Assembly: GCA_035526975.1 (NCBI GenBank)
Contig: DATLBJ010000218.1
Coordinates: forward strand, 25,612 to 89,611
Source: Ramlibacter sp.
GTDB lineage: Bacteria > Pseudomonadota > Gammaproteobacteria > Burkholderiales > Burkholderiaceae_C
Reading direction: 5' to 3'
Length of the DNA: 64,000 nt
Positions 46,559 through 56,363 of this stretch are shown piece by piece. The first letter of the stretch is position 1; each line of letters opens with the position of its first letter. The position numbers and the translations under genes were made by a program. The notes under the pieces are model-generated. The model searched no databases, had not been told where the DNA came from, and was given only the letters and a program-made list of their open reading frames with translations.

Positions 46559-48685
46559 TCACATGGAAACGGTGACCGACAGCCGGACAGTGCGTGGAGC
46601 ACCCGGGTAGAGGTAGACGTGGCTGAACTGGAAGGGCGACTCGCGCCAGTAACGGCGATCCGTCACGTTGTCGACGCCGAGCAGCCACGTCGTCAGCACC
46701 TTGCCGGACTGGCGGTCGTACCGAAGCGACGCATCGAGGCGTGTCCACGCGGGAAGCGCGATCGAATTGTCCGCAAGGATCGCGCGATCGCCTTCATGCG
46801 ACAGCGAGGCTTGCAGCTCGAGGCCGTGCACGTTCGGGATCTTCCACGCGGCATACGCGCGAGCGACGAACGCCGGGACGTTGGTCGGGCGCCTGCCGTT
46901 GAGCGACGTGTCGGCGCTGTCCTCGCGCCGTGCGTGCAGCAGCATCGCCGACGCTCCTGCGCGCCACGAGCGGCCCGTCCATTGCAATGCGGCTTCGATT
47001 CCCCGGTGATGCGCGATGCCATCGAGGCCACCTGCGCACGGAATCGCACTGCAAGTGTCGAAGTTGGACACGGGACGGCGGATGTCGAACGCATCGACCT
47101 GCCACGTCCATGCGTGGCTCGCCCCCTTGAACCCGGCCTCCATTTGCTTCGACTTGAGCGCCGGCAACACCGAGCCCGCGTTCGTGTACACGGCGGAGTT
47201 GTTCGGCACGACGGTCGACTCGGCTCCTTCGCCCCAGCTCGCGTACGCCATTGCTTCGTCATCCAGCTTGTAGGTGAGGGCGATCCACGGAGTGGTGAGC
47301 GCTTGTTTGTAGCCCACGCCCGATTCGCCCTCGACGCTGGCCCGGTTCAGCCGCGTGTGGCGAACGCCGACCCACGACGTCCATCGATCATTCCAGTGGA
47401 TCGCATCGCGAGCCGAAAGCTCCACGCTGCGCTCATCGCGCGTCGTCCCGGTCCCGGGATTGATCGCCGGGTCGGGCGGGACAACGGCGGTTCCTTCGAT
47501 GTTGCCCGGCAGCGGCGAGTAGTTGAACGCGTTGTCGGGCAGCGTTTCGCGCGAGACGTTGCGCAGGACGGCGAACGACAGGGCGTGCTTGATGCCCGCC
47601 GTTTCGATCTTGCCTTTCAGTTCGGCTTGCAGCGCGTCCTGCCGGCGCTGCTCGCCGATGCTCCGGTAGTCGTAGAAATCGAAGGTGCCGTCGGCGCAGT
47701 ACCTGTCGTAGTGCCCCGCCGCGCTGCAACCGAATGGAAACGCAGTGTAGTCGTCGCTCTTCAGGTGCTGGGTGCCGGCCTGCAACTGGACCTTCCAGTC
47801 GCGCGAGACCGGTTGCGAGTAACGCAGCGTGCCGGTGAGCGCGTCGAATTTCGACGGCAGGACCCACGGCTGGTTGTTCAGGTTGCGCCGCGGGTCGGGC
47901 ACGGCGGGCAACACCGTGTCCAGCAGGCTGTAGCCCACCTGGCTCGATTGAACCTTGCGGCTCCACTCCGCCTCTCCTTCGAGCAGGCCACCGTTGGGCA
48001 AACGCCAATCGGCGGCGAATGCGAACAGGCTTCGGTGGCCGTCGAGGCTGTTGACGAGCGGCCGAAGCTGCTCCTGCGCGACATTGACGCGATAGCCGAA
48101 CACACCATCCTTGCCTGCGCGGCCGCCGAGATCCACGGTACCGAGCAGGTTTGCGCGCTGCGTGAATTCGAAGCGTACGGTGCGCAGGTCCACATCGCCA
48201 GGTCGCTTCACGACGTAGTTCACCAACCCGCCGGGTGCGCTCGTGCCGGCCTGCATTCCGCTGGTGCCGCGCAGGATCTCCACGCGCTCCTTGTTGTCCA
48301 GGGGGATCGTGGTCTCCGCGTTGATCGGCAGGCCCTCGCGGCGGAAGTTGTAGTCGTTGTCGAGTGTGTAGCCGCGCACCGAGACCATGTCCCAGTAGCC
48401 GGGCGCGTCGTAGGCGTCGGAGATGGAGGCGTCGAACCTGGTCAGGTCAGCGAGCCGCCGAGCGCCGCTTTGTTCGATCATCCGGCTGTCGACGACGCCG
48501 GCGGAAATCGGCAACTCCTTGAGCGGCACGTCGCCGAAACCCGTGACGTCGGCCGCAGGCGGGAAGGCCTGGCCCGTCACCGTCACCGGCTTGAGCGTTT
48601 GCGTCTGGGACTGGGCGCTGCCTGCGATGAGCAGCAGCGCAATGGCGCGCGCGAGCGCGTGAAGAGGAAGTTGTGCGGGTTTCAT
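46559..48685 (-). CDS. TonB-dependent receptor, probably for thiamine or a precursor
   Basis: TonB box (VTVTG), plug motifs ERVEILRG and PGGLVNYVVK, C-terminal GAPRTVRLSV; TPP riboswitch upstream. Confidence 0.88.
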   Translation of the reverse strand: MKPAQLPLHALARAIALLLIAGSAQSQTQTLKPVTVTGQAFPPAADVTGFGDVPLKELPISAGVVDSRMIEQSGARRLADLTRFDASISDAYDAPGYWDMVSVRGYTLDNDYNFRREGLPINAETTIPLDNKERVEILRGTSGMQAGTSAPGGLVNYVVKRPGDVDLRTVRFEFTQRANLLGTVDLGGRAGKDGVFGYRVNVAQEQLRPLVNSLDGHRSLFAFAADWRLPNGGLLEGEAEWSRKVQSSQVGYSLLDTVLPAVPDPRRNLNNQPWVLPSKFDALTGTLRYSQPVSRDWKVQLQAGTQHLKSDDYTAFPFGCSAAGHYDRYCADGTFDFYDYRSIGEQRRQDALQAELKGKIETAGIKHALSFAVLRNVSRETLPDNAFNYSPLPGNIEGTAVVPPDPAINPGTGTTRDERSVELSARDAIHWNDRWTSWVGVRHTRLNRASVEGESGVGYKQALTTPWIALTYKLDDEAMAYASWGEGAESTVVPNNSAVYTNAGSVLPALKSKQMEAGFKGASHAWTWQVDAFDIRRPVSNFDTCSAIPCAGGLDGIAHHRGIEAALQWTGRSWRAGASAMLLHARREDSADTSLNGRRPTNVPAFVARAYAAWKIPNVHGLELQASLSHEGDRAILADNSIALPAWTRLDASLRYDRQSGKVLTTWLLGVDNVTDRRYWRESPFQFSHVYLYPGAPRTVRLSVTVSM

Positions 48686-48687
48686 AT

Positions 48688-48770
48688 GCCTTCCCTGCGC
48701 GAGGATTACCTCAATCAGGTTCAAAGGGACTCTCTCAGTCACCGCGAACGGCAACACCCCTGGCGAAGAA
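48688..48770 (-). ncRNA. TPP riboswitch
   Basis: Minus strand reads AGGGGTG...CTGAGA...CCCTTTGAACCTGAT...GGTAAT...GCGCAGGGAAG and abuts the start codon. Confidence 0.93.
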
Positions 48771-48776
48771 CGAATC

Positions 48777-49820
48777 TTAATCGAAGACGGGAGTCTCCAC
48801 GCCGAGCACCTTGTGCAGTTTGGTCGACGTCGTCGTGTACTGAAGGTGCATCGGCTTGCCGAGGATGATCGGCGCCGCGCCGAATGCGGCAAGCGCGCAC
48901 TCGTGGAAGCCCGACAGGATCAACTTCTTCTTGCCGGGATAGGTGTTGATGTCGCCCACTGCAAAGATGCCCGGGATGCTCGTCGAGAACTTCTCGGTGT
49001 CGACCTTCAGTTGCCTGCGGTCGATGTCGATGCCCCACTCGGCAATGGGGCCGAGCTTGGGGGATAAACCGAAGAACACCAGCACCGCGTCGGTGGCGAT
49101 ATCGTGCACCGTCGAGTCGGGTGAAGTCACTTTCACGCCCGACAAGCGGCTGTCCTTCTCGTCGTAGCCGGTCACTTGCCCCACGAGGAAGCGCATGCGG
49201 CCCGCGTCGCACAGTTCGCGCATCTTCGCGATGGAAGCGGGCGCGGCCTTGAAGCCGTCGCGCCGGTGCACGACGGTGACGCTTGCGGCGCGGTTCGGGC
49301 CTTCCTGCGCAAAGTTCAATGCCCAGTCGAGCGCAGAGTCACCGCCGCCGAGGATGACGAGGTGCTTTCCCGCGAACTGCGCCGGCTTCTTCACGGCGTA
49401 GAACACCTGCGAGTCGCGGTACTTCGCGATGTCGCCGACTGCGAGCGCGCGCGGTTCAAACGCGCCCATGCCGGCCGCGATGAAGACGGTCCTGGTGATG
49501 AACTGAGTGCCCTTGTGCGTCTCGAGGAAGAAGCGGCCGTCGTCACGACGTTGCAACGCGGTCACGGTCTGGCCGTAATGGAAAGTCGGACCGAACGGCT
49601 CGATCTGCTTGAGCAGGTTGTCCGTGAGTTCCTTGCCAGTGCACACGGGAACGGCGGGAATGTCGTAGATCGGCTTGTCCGGATAAAGCTCGATGCATTG
49701 CCCGCCTGGGTATGCGAGCGAATCGATCACGTGGGCTTTGACCTCGAGCAGCCCGAGCTCGAAGACCTGGAACAGGCCGACCGGGCCGGCCCCGATGATG
49801 ACTGCGTCGGCCTCGACCAC
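48777..49820 (-). CDS. TrxB-type ferredoxin--NADP+ reductase
   Basis: [27 protein letters not shown] and [19 protein letters not shown]; no CxxC; follows a ferredoxin gene. Confidence 0.88.
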   Translation of the reverse strand: MVEADAVIIGAGPVGLFQVFELGLLEVKAHVIDSLAYPGGQCIELYPDKPIYDIPAVPVCTGKELTDNLLKQIEPFGPTFHYGQTVTALQRRDDGRFFLETHKGTQFITRTVFIAAGMGAFEPRALAVGDIAKYRDSQVFYAVKKPAQFAGKHLVILGGGDSALDWALNFAQEGPNRAASVTVVHRRDGFKAAPASIAKMRELCDAGRMRFLVGQVTGYDEKDSRLSGVKVTSPDSTVHDIATDAVLVFFGLSPKLGPIAEWGIDIDRRQLKVDTEKFSTSIPGIFAVGDINTYPGKKKLILSGFHECALAAFGAAPIILGKPMHLQYTTTSTKLHKVLGVETPVFD

Positions 49821-49822
49821 GA

Positions 49823-50164
49823 TCAGCCTTGCGCGTCCCGGATCAGCTCGCTCAGCTTGCCCGTCTTGTCCTTCCACTCGTCCGCATCGGGCGGGCCGGG
49901 TTTGCGCTTCGTGATGCTTTTCCACCCCGGCGCCCGCGAGAGCTCGGCGTTGATCTTGATGAATTGCACCTGGTCGGGCGGCGTGTCTTCTTCCGCATAG
50001 ATCGCGTTCACCGGGCACTCGGGGATGCACACCGCGCAATCGATGCACTCGTCGGGGTCGATGACGAGGAAGTTGGGGCCTTCGCGGAAGCAGTCCACGG
50101 GGCAGACGTCCACGCAATCCGTGTATTTGCAGCGGATGCAGGATTCGGTGACGACGTGAGTCAT
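49823..50164 (-). CDS. fdxA: 7Fe ferredoxin
   Basis: [18 protein letters not shown] and [12 protein letters not shown]. Confidence 0.93.
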   Translation of the reverse strand: MTHVVTESCIRCKYTDCVDVCPVDCFREGPNFLVIDPDECIDCAVCIPECPVNAIYAEEDTPPDQVQFIKINAELSRAPGWKSITKRKPGPPDADEWKDKTGKLSELIRDAQG

Positions 50165-50234
50165 TTGTTCTTGGGGCGAGGGGAACGACGACCCTCGATT
50201 CTAGAGGGCGGGGGCGAGGGCGCCCTGACGTGGC

Positions 50235-51557
50235 TCAACGAACCAGCACAGCCCCCGAGGTCTTGTGCGTGGCGGTGTCCACGAGGACGAGCGAACCCAG
50301 CAGGCGCGAGCGTTCGAACGGCTCGAGCGGCAATGGCTCCTGCAGCACGAAATCGACGTGGCCGATGCTGTTCGGCTCCAGGTGGTCCGACTCGCTCTTT
50401 GCGAGGGTATGGATGTCGACCTTGTGCACGATGCGCTTCACGCGGGCCTTCACCCATCGATGCCCGTGCAACGCCCAGTACACGCGGCCCGCGACCAGCG
50501 ACTCGTCATCGAGCCACGCGACCGTCGCCGAAATTTCCCGCATCGCCGTGTGCGCGCCCGCAGCCAGCAGCCAGTCTCCGCGCGAGACGTCCACTTCGCG
50601 GTCGAGGAGGATGCCGGCGCTATGTCCGGCGCGGACGTCTCCGGCCTCCCGAACGTGGTTCAGCACTTGTGCGATCGTCGCTGTCCGGCCGCCCGGCATG
50701 ACTTGCACCTCCTGGCCCACGCGCGCGCCTGCTGCCGCAACGCGTCCCCAGAAAACGCGGCGGCCCTGGGTGGTGTCGGCGGAAGCCGAGAACTTCTCGA
50801 CCCACTGCACCGGGAATGCGAAAGCCTCGCCCGCTTCTGCGCACGTCACATCGAGTTGCTCCAGCAGTTGGAGCAGCGACAGGCCGTCATACCCCGCCCA
50901 GCCCGGCGCGGCTTCGACGACGTTGTGGCCTTTCAGCGCCGAGATCGGTACCACCGCACGCGCCGCAATGCGCGCTTCACTCGTGAACTTCGCCAGCGCT
51001 CCGCTGATGTTGTTGAATGCGACCGTCGGGTCGTCCACTGCATCGAGCTTGTTCACCGCGAACACGATCGACGGCACGCGCAGCAGGTTCACCAGCAGCG
51101 AATGACGGCGCGTTTGGGCAAGCAGCTCGAGCCCGGGGTTCTGCCATTGGAGCTTCGTCGCGTCGACCAGCACCACGGCGGCATCGGCGCTGGAAGCGGC
51201 CGTGACCATGTTGCGCGTGTACTGCTCGTGACCGGGCGCGTCGCCGATGATGAACTTGCGGGCCGGCGTCGCGAAATAGCGATACGCCACGTCGATCGTG
51301 ATGCCTTGCTCGCGCTCGGCCGAAAGGCCGTCGGTGAGCAGCGCGAGATCGGTTTCTCCCGAACGCTGCACGCCCGCGAGCTGGTCCTGCAACACCGCCT
51401 TGCTGTCGACCAGCAGGCGGCCGATCAGCGTGCTCTTGCCGTCGTCGACCGATCCGCACGTGATGAACCTGAGCGCGGCCGAATGGTCGTGCTGGGGTTC
51501 GTCATCCCGGCGAAGGCCGGGATCGTTGGCGCCGGCGTTGAACTGATCTCGCTTCAT
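50235..51557 (-). CDS. cysN: Sulfate adenylyltransferase subunit 1 (GTPase)
   Basis: GSVDDGKST, EREQGITIDVAYRYF, DAPGHEQYTRNM and NKLD motifs. Confidence 0.93.
   Translation of the reverse strand: MKRDQFNAGANDPGLRRDDEPQHDHSAALRFITCGSVDDGKSTLIGRLLVDSKAVLQDQLAGVQRSGETDLALLTDGLSAEREQGITIDVAYRYFATPARKFIIGDAPGHEQYTRNMVTAASSADAAVVLVDATKLQWQNPGLELLAQTRRHSLLVNLLRVPSIVFAVNKLDAVDDPTVAFNNISGALAKFTSEARIAARAVVPISALKGHNVVEAAPGWAGYDGLSLLQLLEQLDVTCAEAGEAFAFPVQWVEKFSASADTTQGRRVFWGRVAAAGARVGQEVQVMPGGRTATIAQVLNHVREAGDVRAGHSAGILLDREVDVSRGDWLLAAGAHTAMREISATVAWLDDESLVAGRVYWALHGHRWVKARVKRIVHKVDIHTLAKSESDHLEPNSIGHVDFVLQEPLPLEPFERSRLLGSLVLVDTATHKTSGAVLVR
51501..51524. repeat. Palindromic repeat copy inside the cysN 5' coding region
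   Basis: GTCATCCCGGCGAAGGCCGGGATC; reads DPGLRRDD in the CysN frame. Confidence 0.78.
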
Positions 51558-51558
51558 C

Positions 51559-52491
51559 TCAGAAATACCCATCCTTCTTGCGCTTTTCCATCGACGCGTC
51601 GGACGTCTTGTCGTCCATTCGCGTCGCCCCGCGCTCGCTCACGTCGGCGGCGAGCGTCTCGAGCACCACGCCGGCCGCATCGGCCGCGTCGCTCTCGACG
51701 GGACAGGTACAGGTGATGTCGCCGACCGTGCGGAAACGCACGGTGCGCGATTCGACCTTTTCGCCGGCCTTGGGCGGCGTGATGTCGGTCACCGGCACAA
51801 GCAGGCCGCGGCGCTCGACGACGTCGCGCCGGTGAGCGTAGTAGAGGGACGGAAGCTCGATGCTTTCACGGTCGATGTACTGCCAGACGTCGAGCTCCGT
51901 CCAGTTGGAGATCGGGAAAACGCGGAAATGCTCGCCCGGCTGCAGGCGCGTGTTGAACAGTGTCCACAGCTCCGGCCGCTGTTCCTTCGGCTGCCACTGC
52001 CCGAATGAATCGCGGTGCGAGAAGATGCGCTCCTTTGCGCGGGCCTTCTCCTCGTCGCGGCGCGCACCGCCGACCAGGGCATCGAACCGGAATTCCTCGA
52101 TCGCTTCGAGCAGCGTCACCGACTGGTGCACGTTGCGCGATTCGTCGGGGCGCGACAGGCGCACCGTGCCGCGCTTCATCGAATCCTCGACGCTGCGCAC
52201 GACGAGTTCTGCGCCGAGCTGCTTCGCGCGGTAGTCGCGAAAGTCGGTGACCTCGTGAAAGTTGTGGCCCGTGTCGATCATCAGCAGCGGATACGGGATG
52301 CGCCCGATGCCGAATGCCTTCTCGGCCAGCTTCAACAGGACGAGCGAATCCTTGCCGCCCGAAAAAAGGAGGGTGGGGCGCTCGAACGCCGCGGCGACTT
52401 CGCGCAGGACGAAGATCGCTTCTTCTTCCAATGCATCGAGATGCTTGTTCGAAAGCGGGGCGAGCAGTTGTGGCTCGACTCGTGCGTTCAT
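51559..52491 (-). CDS. cysD: Sulfate adenylyltransferase subunit 2
   Basis: FSGGKDS, GGARRDEEKARAKER, RFRTVGD and terminal KKDGYF. Confidence 0.95.
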   Translation of the reverse strand: MNARVEPQLLAPLSNKHLDALEEEAIFVLREVAAAFERPTLLFSGGKDSLVLLKLAEKAFGIGRIPYPLLMIDTGHNFHEVTDFRDYRAKQLGAELVVRSVEDSMKRGTVRLSRPDESRNVHQSVTLLEAIEEFRFDALVGGARRDEEKARAKERIFSHRDSFGQWQPKEQRPELWTLFNTRLQPGEHFRVFPISNWTELDVWQYIDRESIELPSLYYAHRRDVVERRGLLVPVTDITPPKAGEKVESRTVRFRTVGDITCTCPVESDAADAAGVVLETLAADVSERGATRMDDKTSDASMEKRKKDGYF

Positions 52492-53225
52492 GCTGAAATC
52501 CGATCGTCCTGGGCTTGTCGTTGGGTGACGTGCAGTCCGCACTCCTTGGCTTGTTCGTCTTCCCACCACCACCGGCCGGCGCGAAAGTCTTCGCCCAGCG
52601 AGATCGCGCGCGTGCAGGGCGCGCAGCCGATGCTCGGGTAGAAGTCGTCGTGCAGCGGGTTGTAATCGACGTGCTGCTGCTTGATGTAGTGCCACACGTC
52701 GCCCCAGGTCCAGTCGGCGAGCGGGTTGAACTTGGTGCGCGCTTCGCTCCCGTCCACCTGGGGCACGACAGCGCGCGCGGCGGATTGCTCGCGGCGCAGG
52801 CCCGTGATCCAGGCTTTCTGGCCCGCAAGCGCGCGCTCCAGCGGCTCGACCTTGCGGATGTGGCAGCACGCCTTGCGCAGCTCCACGCTGCGGAACATCG
52901 GCTCCTTGCCTTCGCGCTTGACGAAGTGCACCACCGCCTCGTGTTGCGGCTGGTAGACCTCGACGCGCGCGTGCGAATGGGATCGCGTGCGTTCGAGCAG
53001 GTCCAGCGTTTCCTTGTGCAGCATGCCCGTGTCCAGCACGAACACGGGAACATCGAGCTCCAGCGAGTTGATCAAGTGCGTGATGACGGTGTCTTCCGCA
53101 CCGAGGCTGGAGGCTTGCTTCAGCGGCTTGAACTCGGTGGCGGCGCGCTTGAGCAGCGCCTTCGCCTGCGCGAGCTTCGCCTCGAAGTCCTTCGACGGCT
53201 TCGCGTGCAAGTCGACGGCGCCCAT
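52488..53225 (-). CDS. cysH: APS reductase ([4Fe-4S] type)
   Basis: CCHIRKVEPL and SIGCAPCT cluster ligands; RAGRWWWE and ECGLH. Confidence 0.92.
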   Translation of the reverse strand: MGAVDLHAKPSKDFEAKLAQAKALLKRAATEFKPLKQASSLGAEDTVITHLINSLELDVPVFVLDTGMLHKETLDLLERTRSHSHARVEVYQPQHEAVVHFVKREGKEPMFRSVELRKACCHIRKVEPLERALAGQKAWITGLRREQSAARAVVPQVDGSEARTKFNPLADWTWGDVWHYIKQQHVDYNPLHDDFYPSIGCAPCTRAISLGEDFRAGRWWWEDEQAKECGLHVTQRQAQDDRISA

Positions 53226-53611
53226 CAGGCAAACCTCGCGAAGAACGGACGCTCGGTGGCGTCGCCCTGGTAATACGACGCGTAGCGCGCGAACTGGCGT
53301 CGCGCGTCGGCGGGATCCTTGCCGTCCTTGAGCACGGCACTGGAAAACCCGCTGCGTTGCATCTGCACGAGCTGGTCGATGAGCACGTCGCCGGTCGCGC
53401 GGATGTCGCCTGCAAAGCGGCGACGGCGGCGGATCAACCACGCCTGGCTGAAGGCGCGGCCGTCGGTGAACTTCGGGAAGTTCAGCTCGACCCGGTCGAA
53501 GCCTTCGAGCGAAACCGTGAGCGGATCGACGTCATTCGCGAGTTGCAGCACGCGCGCTTCTGTCTGCGCCTCGTGATCGGCGCAAGAGAGGATGTCCAGG
53601 CGCTGCTCCAT
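53225..53611 (-). CDS. DUF934 family sulfite reductase accessory protein
   Basis: FPKFTDGRAFSQA, RATGDVLIDQL and YYQ; located between cysI and cysH. Confidence 0.85.
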   Translation of the reverse strand: MEQRLDILSCADHEAQTEARVLQLANDVDPLTVSLEGFDRVELNFPKFTDGRAFSQAWLIRRRRRFAGDIRATGDVLIDQLVQMQRSGFSSAVLKDGKDPADARRQFARYASYYQGDATERPFFARFA

Positions 53612-55440
53612 CACGCCACCTCTTTCTCGACGAAGCGTGCGCTGTTGGCTGCAGCCTTGAACGGCTCGATGCCAACGCGGCGGAATGTGGCGATGAAGGT
53701 TTCCCAGCGGCCATCGGCGACGCCCTGGCGCAGCTGGCGATACGTATCGATCAGCGCTTCGATCACGCCGGGCACTTCAGCCGCGGAGAACGACGGGCCG
53801 ACGATCCTGCCCGGCGTCGCAGGGCCGGACAGGTCAGATCCGTTCGAGCCGCCGAGCGTGACCTGGTACCACTCCTTGCCGTCCTTGTCGACGCCGAGGA
53901 TGCCGATATGGCCCGCATGGTGGTGGCCGCACGAGTTGATGCAGCCGGAGATGTTCAGGTCGATCTCGCCGATGTCCCATTCCTCGTCGAGGTCCTGGAA
54001 GCGCTGCGTGATCGCTTCGGCGATGGGCAGCGAACGCGCGTTGGCGAGCGAGCAGAAATCGCCGCCGGGACAGGCGATCATGTCGGTGAGCAGGCCGATG
54101 TTCGGTCGCGCCAGACCCAGCTTGCGGGCAGCGGCCCACAACTCGGGCAGGTCGTCCTGGTGGACCCACGGCAGCAGCAGGTTCTGTTCGTGCGTGACCC
54201 GCGCTTCGCCGGCGGAAAAGCGCTCGGCCAGATCCGCAGCGGCATCGAGCTGGTCCGCCGTTGCGTCGCCTGGCGCCTGGCCCAGCCGCTTGAACGACAG
54301 GATCACCGCGCGCAGTTCCGGATTGCGGTGCGGCAGCACGTTGCGCTGCAACCAGCGGTCGTAATGCGGGTCGGCCTCGGCATCGGCGCGGATGATCTCG
54401 TGCACTTGCGCCTGCGCGGAGTCGCGGCGGCGCGGTGCAAGAGCCGGCGGTGCGAACTGCGCGGCGATGCGGTCGTATTCCGCTTGCGGAATGGTGTGGG
54501 GCGCGCCATCGAGCTCGACGATCTGGCGAAACTCTTCTTCCACCCTATCAATGTAGCGCTGGCCCTCGCTCTTCACGAGGATCTTGATTCGCGCCTTCCA
54601 CACGTTGTCGCGGCGGCCGTACTGGTTGTAGACGCGGATGCAGGCTTCGATGTAGTTGAGGATCTGCTGCCACGGCACGAACTCGCTCACGACCGTGCCG
54701 ATGATCGGCGTGCGGCCCATGCCACCGCCGACCATCACCTTGAAGCCGATCCCGGCTGCTTCGTTTCTAACCCGTTGCAGGCCGATGTCGTACCAGCCGA
54801 GCGCCGCGCGGTCTTCTTTCGCACCGTTCATTGCGATCTTGAACTTGCGCGGCAGGAAGGCGAATTCCGGGTGCAGGGCGGCCCACTGCCGGATGATCTC
54901 GGCGAAGGGCCGCGGGTCTGCGATCTCGTCCTGCGCGATGCCCGCCAGCTCCTCGGCCGTGATGTTCCGGATGGCGTTGCCGCTGGTCTGGATGCCGTGC
55001 ATGTTCACGGACGCGAGCAGCTCCATCACTTCCGCGCTCTTCGCGAGCGGAATCCAGTTGTACTGCACGTTGGTGCGCGTGGTGAAGTGGCCGTAGCCGT
55101 ACTTCAGGCGGCTGGGCACTTGCAGGTTCGTGCCCGGCACGGGCACCGAGCCCAGCGCCGACTGCTTCCCCTGAGCATCGGCCAACAGCGCAGCATCGGG
55201 CTTGTCGTAGTCGCGCGCGATCGTCGCCAGCACGCGCAGCTGCGCGACCGAGAGCTCGCCGTAAGGCACCGAAATCCGGGCCATCGGGGCATAGCGCTGG
55301 ATGTACCAGCCGTTCTGCAGGCGCAGCGGGCGGAACTCGTCGTCGCCCAGCTTGCCGGCGAGGTGACGCTCGAGCTGGTCGCGATACTGTGCCGCGCGGT
55401 TGCGGACGAACTGTCGGTCGAATTCTGAGTATTGGTACAT
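53611..55440 (-). CDS. cysI: Sulfite reductase hemoprotein (ferredoxin-dependent type)
   Basis: RLQNG, LPRKFKIA, CPGGDFCSLA and SGCINSCGHH motifs. Confidence 0.92.
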   Translation of the reverse strand: MYQYSEFDRQFVRNRAAQYRDQLERHLAGKLGDDEFRPLRLQNGWYIQRYAPMARISVPYGELSVAQLRVLATIARDYDKPDAALLADAQGKQSALGSVPVPGTNLQVPSRLKYGYGHFTTRTNVQYNWIPLAKSAEVMELLASVNMHGIQTSGNAIRNITAEELAGIAQDEIADPRPFAEIIRQWAALHPEFAFLPRKFKIAMNGAKEDRAALGWYDIGLQRVRNEAAGIGFKVMVGGGMGRTPIIGTVVSEFVPWQQILNYIEACIRVYNQYGRRDNVWKARIKILVKSEGQRYIDRVEEEFRQIVELDGAPHTIPQAEYDRIAAQFAPPALAPRRRDSAQAQVHEIIRADAEADPHYDRWLQRNVLPHRNPELRAVILSFKRLGQAPGDATADQLDAAADLAERFSAGEARVTHEQNLLLPWVHQDDLPELWAAARKLGLARPNIGLLTDMIACPGGDFCSLANARSLPIAEAITQRFQDLDEEWDIGEIDLNISGCINSCGHHHAGHIGILGVDKDGKEWYQVTLGGSNGSDLSGPATPGRIVGPSFSAAEVPGVIEALIDTYRQLRQGVADGRWETFIATFRRVGIEPFKAAANSARFVEKEVA

Positions 55441-55487
55441 GGCGTCAGGACCGCGCGTACGCGGGAGACGCCAATGTAGGGAGGGCC

Positions 55488-55540
55488 CTTATGAAACCAA
55501 ACTATTTTTTCGTTCGCGGTTTATGCGGATAAGCTTATGC
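55488..55540. promoter_or_regulatory. AT-rich cys operon control region, candidate CysB site
   Basis: TTATGAAACCAAACTATTTTTTCGTTCG...TTATGCGGATAAGCTTAT upstream of cysI; a similar TCGTTCG tract precedes sbp. Confidence 0.45.
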
Positions 55541-55616
55541 GCCAGTGCTGGTGCGGGTTTGCGCGGGGCGCACCGGGTAGCGCGGATAAGGGTGCGATCA
55601 CGATAATCGACAAGGT

Positions 55617-56363
55617 ATGGCCGAGAGGATCTTCGTCAACGTCGTCGGGTTCGCCGATGAGGAGCGCCACGCGCTCAACCTGCTGTTCCGGATTTCCGAA
55701 GAGCACGAGGTCGCGTTTTCGCTTTGGGACCCCGGCGCGCCGCAGCCCGCACGCCTGGCCCTGATCGACGGCCAGAGTTACGAGGCGCGGCTCGAGGTCG
55801 AATCGCCGCGCAGTGCCCAGGTGCCGGTGATCTGGGTGGGTGACGATGCCCCCGCACGCGTGGTGCGCCGGTTCACGCGGCCGATCTCGTGGCCCGAAGT
55901 CGTCCAGGCGATGGACGAACTCTTCCCGCCGGCGGTCGACCTCGACTTTGGCATCGACAACGCCGACACGCAGCCGCCCGACACGCTGCCGCCGGACATG
56001 CCGCGCCCGAAACGTGTGCTGATCGCCGCGGCCGGGCTCGACGAGCGCCTCTACTTGCGCGCCAAGCTGTCGCTGGCGGACCTTACGCAGGCCGACGACG
56101 CCACCACCGCGAGCGAGGCACTCGAACTCGCGCGCATGAACGACTACGTCCTTGCCATCGTCGACTTCGACCTGCCGGGTTCGAACGGCTGGGACTTCCT
56201 GCGCGAGCTCGCGGCCGGGCAGCGGCCGATCGGCAAAATGATCGTCACTGCCAACCGCCCCACGCTGATCGAGCGCGTACGCGCGCGTTTCTCCGGTGTC
56301 GCGGGCTATTTCGACAAGCCGCTGCATCCCGGCAAGCTTCACGAAATCCTGCTGGAGGTCTAG
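55617..56363 (+). CDS. Receiver-domain protein with a degenerate N-terminal receiver-like domain
   Basis: C-terminal LAIVDFDLPGSNGW, IVTA and YFDKP; no output domain. Confidence 0.7.
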   Translation: MAERIFVNVVGFADEERHALNLLFRISEEHEVAFSLWDPGAPQPARLALIDGQSYEARLEVESPRSAQVPVIWVGDDAPARVVRRFTRPISWPEVVQAMDELFPPAVDLDFGIDNADTQPPDTLPPDMPRPKRVLIAAAGLDERLYLRAKLSLADLTQADDATTASEALELARMNDYVLAIVDFDLPGSNGWDFLRELAAGQRPIGKMIVTANRPTLIERVRARFSGVAGYFDKPLHPGKLHEILLEV

